64,000 nt of DNA from Octopus vulgaris. Its lineage: Eukaryota. Location: the NCBI GenBank assembly GCA_951406725.2, contig OX597825.1:10230001-10294000 (forward strand), read 5' to 3'. The position numbers were made by a program, and so were the translations under genes. The notes beneath the pieces are model-generated. The model was given only the letters and a program-made list of their open reading frames with translations. It did no database searches and was not told where the DNA came from. This document shows, piece after piece, positions 1-11,693 of this stretch. The first letter of the stretch is position 1, and each line of letters starts with the position of its first letter.

Positions 1-131
1 TGCCTTTCATCCTTTCGAGGTCGATAAATTAAGTACCAGTTATGCACTGGGGGTCGATGTAATCGACTTAATCCGTTTGTCTGTCCTTGTTTGTCCCATC
101 TGTGTTTAGCCCCTTGTGGGTAATATAGAAA
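1..131 (+). mobile_element. SINE family A, 3' part
   Basis: gcctttcatcctttcgaggtcgataaattaagtaccag...gtctgtccttgtttgtccc...agaaata, near-identical to the many copies in this window. Confidence 0.9.
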
Positions 132-139
132 TATTTAGT

Positions 140-545
140 ATTTGGTTTTTGCAACTGCTGTAGTTGTTCCTGTGGCTTCTCTTGAAGCTGTACTTCTGTG
201 GCTTATAGGTTTTCCATGACGCAGAAATTCTCAAATGACCAATGTGAGTTTCGAACGATCCTCGTCACCAGATGTTATATCCTTATGGATAAACGAATAC
301 TCTACAACAGTGTAATAACAATATAATCAAAACAAATCACAGTAACCACACAGAACGTAGCAACAATCATTTAAGGACCAACCATCCAACACACTAACTG
401 ATACTGTGAACTTTGTTCTCCAACTTTGAACGATCAACACACAAACTGTAGAACTAGCACTAACTGTCTCACTTACTCAGACCACTACTATTTATAAGTA
501 GTGGTCCAGTCCATTCTTACTAGGGGGACGTCGTACTCTCACACA
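140..545 (-). mobile_element. Gypsy-like LTR retrotransposon remnant: 5' LTR (about 273-545), PBS and start of internal region
   Basis: On the minus strand TGT...TAACA, then a 2-nt spacer and TGGTGACGAGGAT (PBS matching the tRNA-Ser(GCU) 3' end with one mismatch); TATAAATA inside the LTR; decayed Q-rich gag-like start downstream. Confidence 0.65.
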
Positions 546-668
546 ACTGAATGGAAGTTGGTTAATCAGATAATGTAGAGTACCTTGATTAATGCAAGGA
601 TAGCGTTCCACTTATGTGCAGTTTGTTGCACTTTTTAAACTCAATCTTTTTTAATAAATACATATTTT

Positions 669-766
669 ATTCTGTTGTGTCTGGGGGGAGTCATTCTCTT
701 TTTGTGCCATGTGTGTTAGATTATAAGTCACAAAAAGAAAATGACTCTCCCCAGACACAACAGAAT
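669..766. repeat. Inverted repeat with arms of about 38 bp, from a dispersed repeat family
   Basis: attctgttgtgtctggggggagtcattctctttttgtg / cacaaaaagaaaatgactctccccagacacaacagaat; the same arm sequence recurs at about 55750. Confidence 0.8.
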
Positions 767-1070
767 ATGCTTCAACACACGAACTCACATAAAGAATCTT
801 GCAAACCAAATCCAAAAACGAAACATATTTTGTTTTTCTTTTTTATTTATTCCATGAAATCATTTGTGTTTTTTAACTTGTTTTCTGTTTATTTTGTATA
901 ACATCTTTCACCCCCTCCTCTCATCTTAATAAACTTGTCCGTTCCCATCACCCATCTATTGAAACGCGTATGTTTAATGCACATTGTATTTTGTTGTATC
1001 TTTTGAGAAATTATTGGCAGCAGTGTCCACAACAGTCTCTTAATTTCATTATATTCCTTCTTCTTTCCAG

Positions 1071-1277
1071 GGAATGAGCAAAGAAGGGTTCCAGACTGCA
1101 TGGGGAGCTTATCACATGTGCTGGGAGGTCCTTGGACTCTCATTCCAGACACCTGAAGCTTACACACTGGACAATGTCTACCGTTCCCTTGGCTACATGC
1201 GGCCATTGGCTATTTGGTCCATTCAGTGGGCATTGTCCATTACTCAGTCCACATCTCCAATATCAAACCCTCTTTGA
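1071..1277 (+). CDS. GBA2: Terminal coding exon of non-lysosomal glucosylceramidase (GH116 family); upstream exons lie outside the window
   Basis: Polypyrimidine tract and acceptor ttccttcttctttccag (ends 1070), phase-0 start GGA, translation [55 protein letters not shown] matches the conserved GBA2 C-terminus (EGFQTAEG..W..LGLAFQTPEAY....FRSLAYMRPLSIWAMQ); TGA at 1275-1277. Confidence 0.95.
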   Translation, partial: GMSKEGFQTAWGAYHMCWEVLGLSFQTPEAYTLDNVYRSLGYMRPLAIWSIQWALSITQSTSPISNPL

Positions 1278-1363
1278 CCAGTGACTCACCTTTCCTTTTT
1301 ATTCAATCATTGCTGACCCTGAAAACACCAGGACAGTCGCTGTTATATTTATTACAGTTCCCC

Positions 1364-1369
1364 AATAAA
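1364..1369 (+). terminator. Candidate polyadenylation signal of GBA2
   Basis: AATAAA about 90 nt after the stop codon; ATTAAA follows at about 1404 and then T/GT-rich sequence. Confidence 0.55.
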
Positions 1370-1875
1370 CCAAATATATGTTCTTATGCTTTAAACAACC
1401 AAAATTAAACTGAGTTTTTGGTGGAATGTAATTTCATCCAGTCTCTTACAGTCTCTTCATGTTCTTTATCATCTTTGCATCAACATTCAACCTAATTTTC
1501 AGGTCAATTCTTCTATTCTTTAAATCAGTTCTTCTCATTTTTTTAAAGGTTGCTTTTGGTATGTTTATTGTTGTAATTGTTATTGAGGTGGTGTTGGGAC
1601 GTGGTGGTGGTGGTGAATGGTGTTGTAGTTTTTAATTTCAAGATGGAACGACTTCACCTAGCTTTACTAATGTCTTTGGAAAAGTCTTGAATACCACTTT
1701 TCTTTTGCAATGCTCAACTTTCACTTTTAATGGCATTTCATCCATCTTCAAGTTCCGAGTTCAAATTCTGCCGAGGTCAACTTTGCCTTTCAGCCTTTCA
1801 GTTACACGCCAGGGTTGATGTAACTGATTATCCCCCTCCCCCAAAATTTCAGGCCTTGTGCCTATAGCTGAAATG

Positions 1876-1913
<38 letters not shown>

Positions 1914-1917
1914 CATT

Positions 1918-2471
1918 GAGTGAGAGAGCAGTGCATACCATCAAAGTGACACTGGGGTAAAATATTCGAAGCCCAGTATACCCATCATGACTACTCGTCT
2001 GATAAGGGTACACCAGGCACGTGCATCACAACCATATGTGCGTGACATGGTGATCTCATATCAAGATAAACAGCACATGACCTTGCAGGTGGGGCCCAGT
2101 TAGAGTTTTCTTCAGTTTGAGTAACCCATCCCGCTCAAAAGGTCCCTGAATAAGGATTGTTTAAGGATGTTGAATGAAACACCCATATTTCCAGAGGTGA
2201 ATTATTCAAACCCCTAAGAATCCCTCTCAACACATGGCTATGATGCTCCCCCACTACTTCTGCTCATGATCAGAGATGCACATATTGTCAGCCACTAAGG
2301 GACATGCTCAACTGGTTAAGGTCAAACAACTGACAGGCAAATCTGTGGTATTGAGCAGAATATTTGCTGTAGCCCATCTTTTATACCAAGACAAAACAAT
2401 GTACCTGATAACACTTCCAATCAGTTAAGATCAGAAGCCATGAGAGCCACTACCTGGTACTGCATTAGGGC
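1918..2471 (-). mobile_element. 554-bp non-coding interspersed element flanked on both sides by (ATT)n
   Basis: GC-richer block bounded sharply by (ATT)n at 1876-1917 and from 2472; no long ORF; orientation inferred. Confidence 0.6.
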
Positions 2472-2513
2472 ATTATTATTATTATAATCATTATTATTAT
2501 TATATGTTTATTT

Positions 2514-2728
2514 AAGGTGGTGATTTGGCAGAATTGTTAGCACGCTCGGCAAAATGCTCAGTAGCATTTTCTCCATCCTAACGTTTTGAGTTCAAATCCC
2601 GCTGAGGTCACCTTTGTCTTTCATCCTTTGGAATTGATAAAATAAGTTCCAGTTGAGTACTGGAGTCAATGAAATTGACTTACCCCCTCCCCTGAAATTG
2701 CTGGCCCTGTGCCAAAATTTGAAATCAA
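2514..2728 (+). mobile_element. SINE family A, diverged copy
   Basis: tRNA-like head (tggcagaattgttagc...gagttcaaatcc box B) plus ctttcatcctt core. Confidence 0.8.
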
Positions 2729-2996
2729 TCATCATTATTATTAAGGTTGTGAAAATGCAGAACTGTTGGCATGTTGGAGAAAATGCTTGGCCAACCTGAA
2801 GCCCATGGGCTGCATGTGGCCCACAGACTTATCTTGAGGCCCACAGATAAGTCTGTGGCCCGCTTGATATTTCCTTAAAGTATTGTGTTTAATTTCAAAA
2901 TAAAATTGTTTGTGTAAAACATTTGTTTCAGAATAAATTTTAAATTTAAAAGTGGCAACAAAGCAAAAGCCTGTAATTTTATCATTTTTAAACTTA

Positions 2997-3395
2997 GGTG
3001 CAGGAGTGGCTGTGTGGTAAATAGCCTGCTTACCAACCACATGGTTCCAGGTTCAGTCCCACTGTGTGGCACCTTGGGCAAGTGTATTCTACTATAGCCT
3101 CGGACTGACCAAAGCTTTGTGCACGGATTCAGCAGATGGAAACTGAAAGAAGCCCATTGTATATATATATATTTATATATGTGTATATGCTTGTGTGTCT
3201 GTGTTTGTCCCCCCACCATCGCTTGACAACCAATGTTGGTGTGTTTATGTCCTCGTAACTTAGCGGTTTGGCAAAAGAGACCAATAGAGTAAGTACTAGG
3301 CTTACAAAGAATAAGTCCTGGGGTCGATTTGCTCGATTAAAGGTGGTGCTCCAGCATGACTGCAATCAAATGACTGAAACAAGTAAAAGAGTAAA
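2997..3395 (+). mobile_element. SINE family B (tRNA head, CORE-like domain, internal TA/TG microsatellite), full length
   Basis: ggtgcaggagtggctgtgtggt...ggttcagtccc...ggcaccttgggcaagt...tgactgaaacaagtaaaagag. Confidence 0.9.
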
Positions 3396-3879
3396 CGAAA
3401 AATATGCAAAATTCTTGATTCTGTAATTTGATTATTTGTCTATTGGTGCATAAAATATACAAGCGATCCTCAAAAAAACTTTCTCTGATTAAAGTGCCCC
3501 TCAATGTAATTCGAGTTGTCCAGGCTTGGTCTCTATGTTCCATATTCAAATTCCATCAAGGTCAACTTTGCCCTTCATCCTTTCAAGGTTAATAAAACAA
3601 GTACCAGTTAAGTACTGGGATCAATGTAATTAACTTAATTTCTACCTGCTAAATTGCTGGCCTTGTATAATTTATAATTATATATGTATATTTACAAAAA
3701 GTAGTTATTTGTTAAGAAAACAGATAAATAACTTAACATAAAATGGCTATCATCCATACACAAATAGTATTGTTTTGGAATTGGTCTGGCTAGAAAATAA
3801 AACTAAGATACACTACAAAAGAAACTTACAGATCTGAGCAAGCATCATGTGTGTAACTTGGTTTAATTAAACATATTTA

Positions 3880-4090
3880 GTCTTAGTTCCTCCCTTATAT
3901 TTGGTCTGTCCACCAGGCAGCAAAACATGTTCAGTCATAGGCACCTGCATTTTCCCATGTTGCTTCAGAAACTCTTTGAATGTGGCGTGCCATGTCATCT
4001 TGACTCTTCCCCCTCTTCCTTCGTCCCGAACCAGGGTACAAAAGTTGCAGTGTGGTTGGCAGGCTAGCAATTTGTCCCTAGAGCCACCGA
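3880..4090 (-). mobile_element. Decayed RTE-clade LINE ORF 3' end
   Basis: Translation GRGGRVKMTWHATFKEFLK resembles the RTE C-terminal motif RGRPKxTW. Confidence 0.45.
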
Positions 4091-4416
4091 GGAAAACACT
4101 CATGTGGAGAAAACAACACAGAAACAGCAAGAAAATTGTCAAGAGTTACATGGGACATATGGCGCCTGTGTCATCCATGTTTTTAACCGTTACTGTCCCC
4201 AAAAAAGATTTTTTGTTTTCTGTTCGTCTCTGTTGCGTTTCATTCTTTCCTTCTGTGGCTGGCTGATTCAGAGCGGATCTCAGAATTAAACAGCCGAAAT
4301 CTGCGATGAGGGATCAGTTTCTGACTGAAGAATGAAGGCTTTGAATGACCCGTTTGTTTTTTTGTTCGTCCCTTCGTGTATTTCACGTTATTTATTTATG
4401 TAAAGGTTTATTATTT

Positions 4417-4541
4417 ATTATATATACATACATATATATATATACATATATACATATATATATAAACAAGTCAAATTGCGATAAAATAAAATTAATTATT
4501 ATCGCTGGTGAAACTAGCTCATATATATACATATATATATG

Positions 4542-4625
<84 letters not shown>

Positions 4626-4722
4626 CATATATACATACATATATATATATACATATATACATACATATATATATATACATATATACATGCATACATATAT
4701 ATATACATACATATATATACAT
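4417..4722. repeat. (TA)n/(TACA)n microsatellite
   Basis: Direct inspection. Confidence 0.95.
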
Positions 4723-5081
4723 GGGACAGTTGTAAACGACTGCCTTGTTTATACAGCTTTACCATGGTCAGACAAAGTGGGATTTTCTGGATTACAGTTT
4801 CAATAGTCATTACGATTTCATCAGTAAGCCAATAAATCTTGGCCAGTCAAAATGTATTTTAGTAGTTTGGTTTCTGTGTACGCATTAAGTAAGTTGTTCT
4901 TAGAAGCTTGCTAATGTTAATTACAAAACATTTCCCAACCACCACCACAAGTCGTTCAACAGACACAACATAAAGTTAGTTATACTTGTATCAAAAATAT
5001 TGCCACTGTCATAGCTAGAAATAGTGGAAACAACGTAACATATAAGAAAAAGCCTCCTGACTACAGCAACTGCAATGGCAT

Positions 5082-5591
5082 TGTAGTGATGTAGGTAGCT
5101 AAATAGTTGAATGATCTCCCTTGCAAGGAAGAACAGAGTAACCTCCCTTTTCTAAGTTTCTCGAAACATCTGTGTCATGAGACGTGATTCTTAATTATTC
5201 AAGAAGCTTGGCGTTTCTCTTGGAAGTTTCTAGAATGTCTAGCGTTCCATTAATAAAAAACAGCTAGCTAGCCCAGCTTTTCGCTTCTTAGTCGATTAGA
5301 CTTAGAGCCATTCACGTCATTGCTATGTCCGTCTATTTCTCTATGCCACATGACTGAAAACCACCACTTAGCTGTTATCTCTACATTTTCTATTTCTGAA
5401 CTTTCTTGCATAGATTACTTCATTCAACTAGATTCTACATTTAGATTATGTATCATCATCGACCAGGAATAAAATATATTTTTATGTAGTAAATATATCG
5501 ATCTTGAATTATTATTTCCTCTCTATGAACTATTGTAATAACATACATGCAGCCACATCACATCTAGTACTGACTGTATATTCCCACTACA
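5082..5591. mobile_element. Solo LTR (510 bp)
   Basis: Inverted termini TGTAGTG...CACTACA; 4-bp TSD GCAT/GCGT (one CpG-type change); AATAAA at 5468. Confidence 0.75.
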
Positions 5592-5769
5592 GCGTACTCT
5601 GTCTATTAAATAATCAGTACTAAATAAAGGACCTGGCTTATCGAACCAAAATATCGCCACTAACATGATACCTTCACTAGATACGTTTATATTTGCACCA
5701 GCCTCACAGAATGGAAGCCATACTAGTCAGTATATCTACACACAAAAGAAATCTACTTTATTATCCCAG

Positions 5770-6400
5770 TATATCTGGAGAGTAATTGTCGATAACAATC
5801 TAAGCTGGAGTTCCCACGTAAACAGCAAGGTTGACTTGGCCCACAAGATGTGCTCCTGGATTCTGAGAACTTTCAGGTCTAGAGATGCATACACCATCAT
5901 CCTTCTCTACTCTATTTCTGCCCGACCCCACCTTAAACAATGTTGGCCACTGTGGTCTCCCCACATGAAGCAACTCATTATGAAAGTGGGAGCACTCCAG
6001 AGGTCAATAACAAGAAAGATAGATGGCGTGACAGGCCCTGACTATTGGGGTCGACTAAAAAAATTCAATCTCTACTCTCTCCAACGCCGCTGGGAGCGCT
6101 GCATCATTTGTGTGATGTTAGAAAATATTCCTTCAATATTGCACAAATGATGTTGGCATCAGTTTTAAAATCCGCTCAAAACTTGGCCCCGTGCTATCTG
6201 CCCACTACGAAAATCGAACTCAGGACACCGCCACATCTACTTTACTTCAACTGGTCCAGCTCTCTTTAATATCATACCAAAATACGTCTAAACGGAAATG
6301 GATCCCATAAAATTCAAAAATTCACTGGACAAATTTCTTCAAAAAACCCTTAGATGACTCCACAACCCTGATACAAACAATATCTAAACAGTAACTATTC
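5770..6400 (+). mobile_element. CR1-like LINE ORF2 C-terminal fragment (decayed)
   Basis: VIVDNNLSWSSHV...ILRTFRSRD...LYS..RPHL....LWSPH....LQRSITRKIDG...DYWGRLKKFNLYSLQRR, typical of the RT thumb and C-terminal region of CR1-group LINEs. Confidence 0.85.
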
Positions 6401-6404
6401 TATC

Positions 6405-6667
6405 GATCTCTTATGCCGACCCGCTAAGTTACGGTGACGTAAATAAACTAGCACTGGTTGTCAAGCAGTAATGAGGGACAAACACAGATAGAAAGATACA
6501 CACTTAGATATATACATACATATATATGATAGGCTTCTTTCAGTTTCCGTCTGCTAAATCCACTCACAATGCTTTGGTCATCCCGGAGCTATTATAGAAG
6601 ACACTTATTCAATGTGTCACGCAGTGGGATTGAACCGAGAACTTTTTATCACACATCCATGCCTGGT
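6405..6667 (-). mobile_element. SINE family B, partial and diverged
   Basis: ggcttctttcagtttccgtctgctaaatccactcacaa and cacgcagtgggattgaacc match family B antisense. Confidence 0.8.
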
Positions 6668-7004
6668 CATGGCATCTTTCTGGGTTGTTATACAAGTCGT
6701 ATAAATAACGGTGACATACGAAATTTTGTAGATCTTCCAGATCAAGAGGCCAAGATGAATCTATAAAAAAAGACCTATCGCTTACCAAAAGTTCGTACAT
6801 TTTATGTAATTTTGGGTATAATTTGACGTAATCAAAAATGCTTTCTCCAATCTTCGCTGTGTTTTTTCCGTGATTTGATGGCAGAATGCATGTAACACCT
6901 GCACAAATTCATCCTAATCCGGTCTTAACGTTCACCAATTTATTATCAATTATGGGGCCTGTGGTGCAACTCTATTAATATTCGCTTCTCTAAAATTGAC
7001 GATG

Positions 7005-7090
7005 GATTATCATCATCATCATCATTATTATTATTATTATTAATATTATTATTATTATCATAATTATCATTATTATCATTATCATTATTA

Positions 7091-7130
<40 letters not shown>

Positions 7131-7153
7131 CATTATTATTATTATCATTATTA
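7005..7153. repeat. (ATT/ATC)n microsatellite
   Basis: Direct inspection. Confidence 0.95.
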
Positions 7154-7772
7154 AATTCCCTCTCACACTCAGTAGTACCAATGAGAACAATGAAATTGAA
7201 AACGAAAATACCAGGATAATCGTAGAAAATTTTATGGGGTTGTATTTCATTTTTTTTTAATATTCGATTTAATTCTATTCCATTTTAATTTTTAAAGCTA
7301 CAGCATCAGAAATTATTACTCAGTAAATCAAACAAACTACACTGTATAAATAGAAATAATGAATACCAGAAAATAAATTATGGTCCTTAGATTGATATAA
7401 CGATATAACAATATACAAACAAATTAAGAGTACAAAATAACAACAACGACAACAACAAAAACCACGAATAGGTATACTGCTAAGCATGATGAGGTATTTC
7501 TTGTATTAAAACCTACGCAGATTGTGAGAAAATCGAATATTTATAGAACGTTTCTCTGTGGGCCATCTTAACTTATCTATTCTCGCAATCAGCCCAGAAT
7601 ATGCGCTATCGACTCTTCAGATATCACAGTTCTATAAGCGAAAATTTTTCATCACGTGTAATATTCCTAAATACACTCAGGATGATAAATTTTCCTGATG
7701 TCTTACCTGGACATGGACATAAATTGATTCACATCTCTGCTAAAATATTACTCTGTGTAGATTGGTTGAAAT

Positions 7773-8052
7773 TGTAGCGGCACAAGCAGTCAGCGCCCTA
7801 TTGGATGAGATCTCGCAGCAGACATTGCCATCTCCGAGATTGGAGCGAGACCTCACTTGCATCCATTTGCCATGCGCGAGATCACAACGAGGCTCGCGAT
7901 GGCAAACTGTATATAAGGGCAAGACAGACACAGATTCAGCCTTTTCTTTCCGCCTCTTAGCAGCAGCGCTTGCTGAGTGAACTCCATTGGCTGGGCTTGT
8001 CTGCATGTTGTACCTCTAAAGGCAATGCACCTGCACTAACGGAGCTACTACA
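7773..8052 (+). mobile_element. Probable LTR (280 bp), no TSD recognisable
   Basis: GC-rich island with termini TGTAGCGGC...GCTACTACA and an internal TATATAA. Confidence 0.5.
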
Positions 8053-8139
8053 CAACGCACACAGCTAAAGATGGTTGCTGAGATCAGCACACTTCACCTA
8101 TCCTGTAGAGTAGATATAGCCGTCCTATATAGGTAATAG

Positions 8140-9060
8140 TGAAAATGTTTAACAAGAGCTGCTGGAGTGACGGCAAGACATACGGAAACAAAAGCACAAA
8201 AAAAAACGTAAAAAACAGAAAAAAGAACAAAAGTTATCTGACTGACAAGAGAAGGCTTTGCATGGTAGATTCCCAAAGATAGTTGCAGGAAATAGTAATG
8301 AGACATGGTTGTGGTTGCAGAAAGGAAGGCTGAAAAGAGAGACAGAAGCAGCATAAGATCAAGCATTAAGGACTAATCGGATAAAAGCCAAGATAGACAA
8401 AAACCAAGTAGAAAACCAGTGTAGGTTATGCAAGTCAAAAGAGGAAAGTGTAACTCATACTGTAAGTGAATATAGCATGCTGGCACAGAAAGAATACAAA
8501 AAAGGACATGACAACGTAGGGAGGCGTAGGCCGAAAGCGAGAATTTGACTATGCTGATAAGTGGTATGGACATGAACCTAGTAAAGGACTAGAAAGTAAG
8601 AAATATAAGATGATATGAGACTTTAACATTCAGACGGACAGAGAAATAGACGCTAGAAAGCTTGATTTATTAGTAGTACATAAAGAGAATAGGAAGTGCC
8701 AGAAAATTGACTTTAAAGTTCCAAATGATGAGAAAGTCAATATGAGAAGTATAGAAAAACAGCAAAGCACCAGAACCTAGCCATTGAATTACAGAGACTG
8801 TGGAAAGTGCGGGTAAAATGTATCCCAGTAGTTATTGGTGTGTTGGGAACTATCCCTCGGGATTTAAACAGATGGATAGATGAAATAGGCATAAAACCTA
8901 GTTCAGTACAACTCCAGAAAACAGTGTTATTAAGGGACAGCCAGGATGCTTAGGAGGGTTCTTGGCATCTAAAGCTATTTTTGTAGCCCGATGTTCGGAA
9001 TTTTTCTTTTCCAGCAGTCTAATCTGCTGAGCGTATTTGAAATATGAAATATGAAACAAT
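8140..9060 (+). mobile_element. R4/Dong-clade non-LTR retrotransposon, 3' fragment with zinc knuckle and restriction-like endonuclease (decayed)
   Basis: LHGRF...WLQKGRLKRETE..AA*DQALRTN.IKAKID...CRLCKSKEESVTH...LAQKEYKKGHDNV...DFNIQTDREIDARKLD...IDFKVPND...ELQRLWK....IPVVIGVLG...LQKTVL; stops and frameshifts present. Confidence 0.9.
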
Positions 9061-9065
9061 GATAG

Positions 9066-9670
9066 TTTCAAATTTCGACACGAGGTCAGCAGTCACGGCG
9101 CGGGGTCAAGTCGATTACATCGACCCCCCAGTGATCGACTGGTAGTTATTTGATCGACCGCGAAAGGATAAAAGGTAAAGTTGACCTCCACAGAATTTGA
9201 ACTCAGAACGAAAAGACGGACTAAATGCCGCTAAGCATTTTGCCCGGTGTGTTAACGATTCTGCCAGCTCGACTAATAATAATAACCCTTTCTACAATAA
9301 GCACAAGGTCTGGAATCTGGGGGAAAGGATTAAGTCGATCACTCCGCATTTACTTAATCGACCTTGAAAGGATAAAGAGCAAAGTCGATCTGGACGGAAT
9401 TTGAACTCAGAACATAGGGGACAGACTAAATACTCCTAAGCATTTCTTCCGACGTGCTAACGATTCTGCCAGCCCGCCGCCTTCGAATAATAATAATAAT
9501 AATACTTTCTACTGGTTGCACAAGGTCTAAAATTTGGGGAAGGGATTAAATCGATTACAACGACCCCATTCGAAAGAATGAACGGCAAAGTCGACCTCGC
9601 CGGAATTTGACGAGCTAAATACTGCTAAGCATTTCGCCCGGTGTGCTAGCGATTCTGCCAGGTCGTCGCT
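9066..9670 (-). mobile_element. Three diverged SINE family A copies in series, separated by (AAT)n
   Basis: gaatttgaactcagaac...ctaacgattctgccagc repeated at about 9066-9272, 9286-9484 and 9505-9670. Confidence 0.85.
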
Positions 9671-9673
9671 GTC

Positions 9674-9706
<33 letters not shown>

Positions 9707-11209
9707 ACTTATTGTTGTTTAGCACCAGAATATCTCTAGTTGAACATATGTATGATCAAAGTGTATGAGAAGCATGAGAACAATAATAATATTGTGGCTG
9801 CAGTATTTAAATCTTAAAAGAAGTTACTTTCAGTAATCAATAACTGTTCTCAATTTATTGCTAGGAAACACTATCTCTGCGCTTATTTCTGCTTTGTAAT
9901 GATATTAATAAACCATCTATTGCTAAGCTTCTTATTATAACTATCTTTGTATATAATTCCGCATAAAAGATGTAGATAAGCAACAGAAGTTTACTTGGTA
10001 AGTTTAGCTGGTTTGTATAGCAAAAGGCAAACCAGCGAATCTTTACACACAAATACAGCTCCATAGTAAAGAACTGATAACAGTTTTTCTCAAAGTTACT
10101 TGGGGTTAGTGATTAACTTATTTTAAAGCTGGCAGCCATAGAATTCTTATTAACCATATAAAGGTTTGATCTGGTTGCCCGACATGAACCGGGGGATATT
10201 TGTAATTTTACGAACGAAAAATTATATTCAGATAATTTCTCGTTCGTACGCCGCGAATTAGAACACTGCTCTCTGGTTTTGCAAAGGAAAACGAAAAATA
10301 TAATTCATTTTGACATGTGACTGTTTAAAGACTGGATGGTTTGGTGCGCTTTTACTGTGTGGGCGAACACTTGGTGGGTTTGTCCGTGCCGAGAAAAGAA
10401 AAAGGAAAAAAGAGAAAGAGTAAAGTGTTTTATGTTATGTTAAAAAAATATTGAAAAATAGAATAACAATTGTAGAGAATGTATATAAAGGTTCAAATAC
10501 TTGCAATGGTATGTAACATGATAATTAATTATGTAAATACATAATAATAATGGACTGTAGTAATAAAAGACTAATGGTACTGCATATGATGAGGGGCGCA
10601 TGCAGCCATTCATAACCTCATTGTTATATAATCATCTCATTCATATTTGTTTTATGTATTGTCCCCTCTGCGGTGTCCTGTCTGTTCTTGTTTGTCCCCC
10701 TCTATTTTGGGCCCTTGTGGCTAATAAAGAAACAGTCCGTCGCCTACCGATGTGAACGGTAGGTGACGTGAGTAGTTGGTGTCGAACACATGGTTCGAAA
10801 TGAGTGTCAGCAGTCGACGTGAGTGGTTTATATGAATAATCGATGCGACAGTCTGTGCCTGAAGTCTGTGCCTGAAGTCGATGTTGAACGGCTGGTTCGA
10901 AGCGAGTGCCGCTAGTCAGTGCCATGCGGTCGATGTGGAGCAGTTGACGTGTGAGTTGGTGCCAAGCATTTCGTGTGGAACAGTTGACACAGTAGTTGGT
11001 TTCGATTCCAAGACTGGGCGATTCGTTATGTTTATTATGCAAAACACTTCATTTCACATTGGTCCACTCCACTCAGATGTAAAACGGGTAACTCTGCGAC
11101 GGTCTGGTGACTCGTAAGGGGAGAACGCTGTGATCTCGATCACTTATACGCCATGAAAACCGGATAACTGGCCGTATGAGTCCTAGGAATCGGTACAATG
11201 ATATCCATA

Positions 11210-11693
11210 GTTTGTTGTTGTTGTTGTTGTTGTGGTTGTTGATGATCATGATGATTATGATGATTATGGTGCCGATGATCACGATGATGATCACGATCAT
11301 GATGACGTTGATGATGATCATGAGGATGACGGCAATGATGATAATGATGATGACGATGAGGATGATGATGATGACGATGACAATGATAATGACGATGATG
11401 ATAATGATGACAATGATGATGACGATGGTGATGATGACGATGATGATAATGATGAAGATGACGATGAGGATGACGATGATGACGATGACAAAAATAATGA
11501 CCATGATGATGATGATGACAATGATGATGATGACGATGGTGATGATGACGATGATGACGATGACAATGATGACGATGACAACGATAATAATGATGACGAT
11601 GATGATGATGATGACGATGATGATGATGATGATGACGATGATGACGACGATGACAATGACGATGATGACGATGACGACGATGATGATGATAAT
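11210..11693. repeat. Imperfect (GAT/GAC/AAT)n trinucleotide array preceded by (GTT)n
   Basis: Direct inspection; produces spurious poly-D/M/S/I ORFs. Confidence 0.95.

Noticed and set aside
889-1206. 105-aa minus-strand ORF overlapping GBA2
   Set aside because: Antisense shadow of the real exon with no recognisable homology
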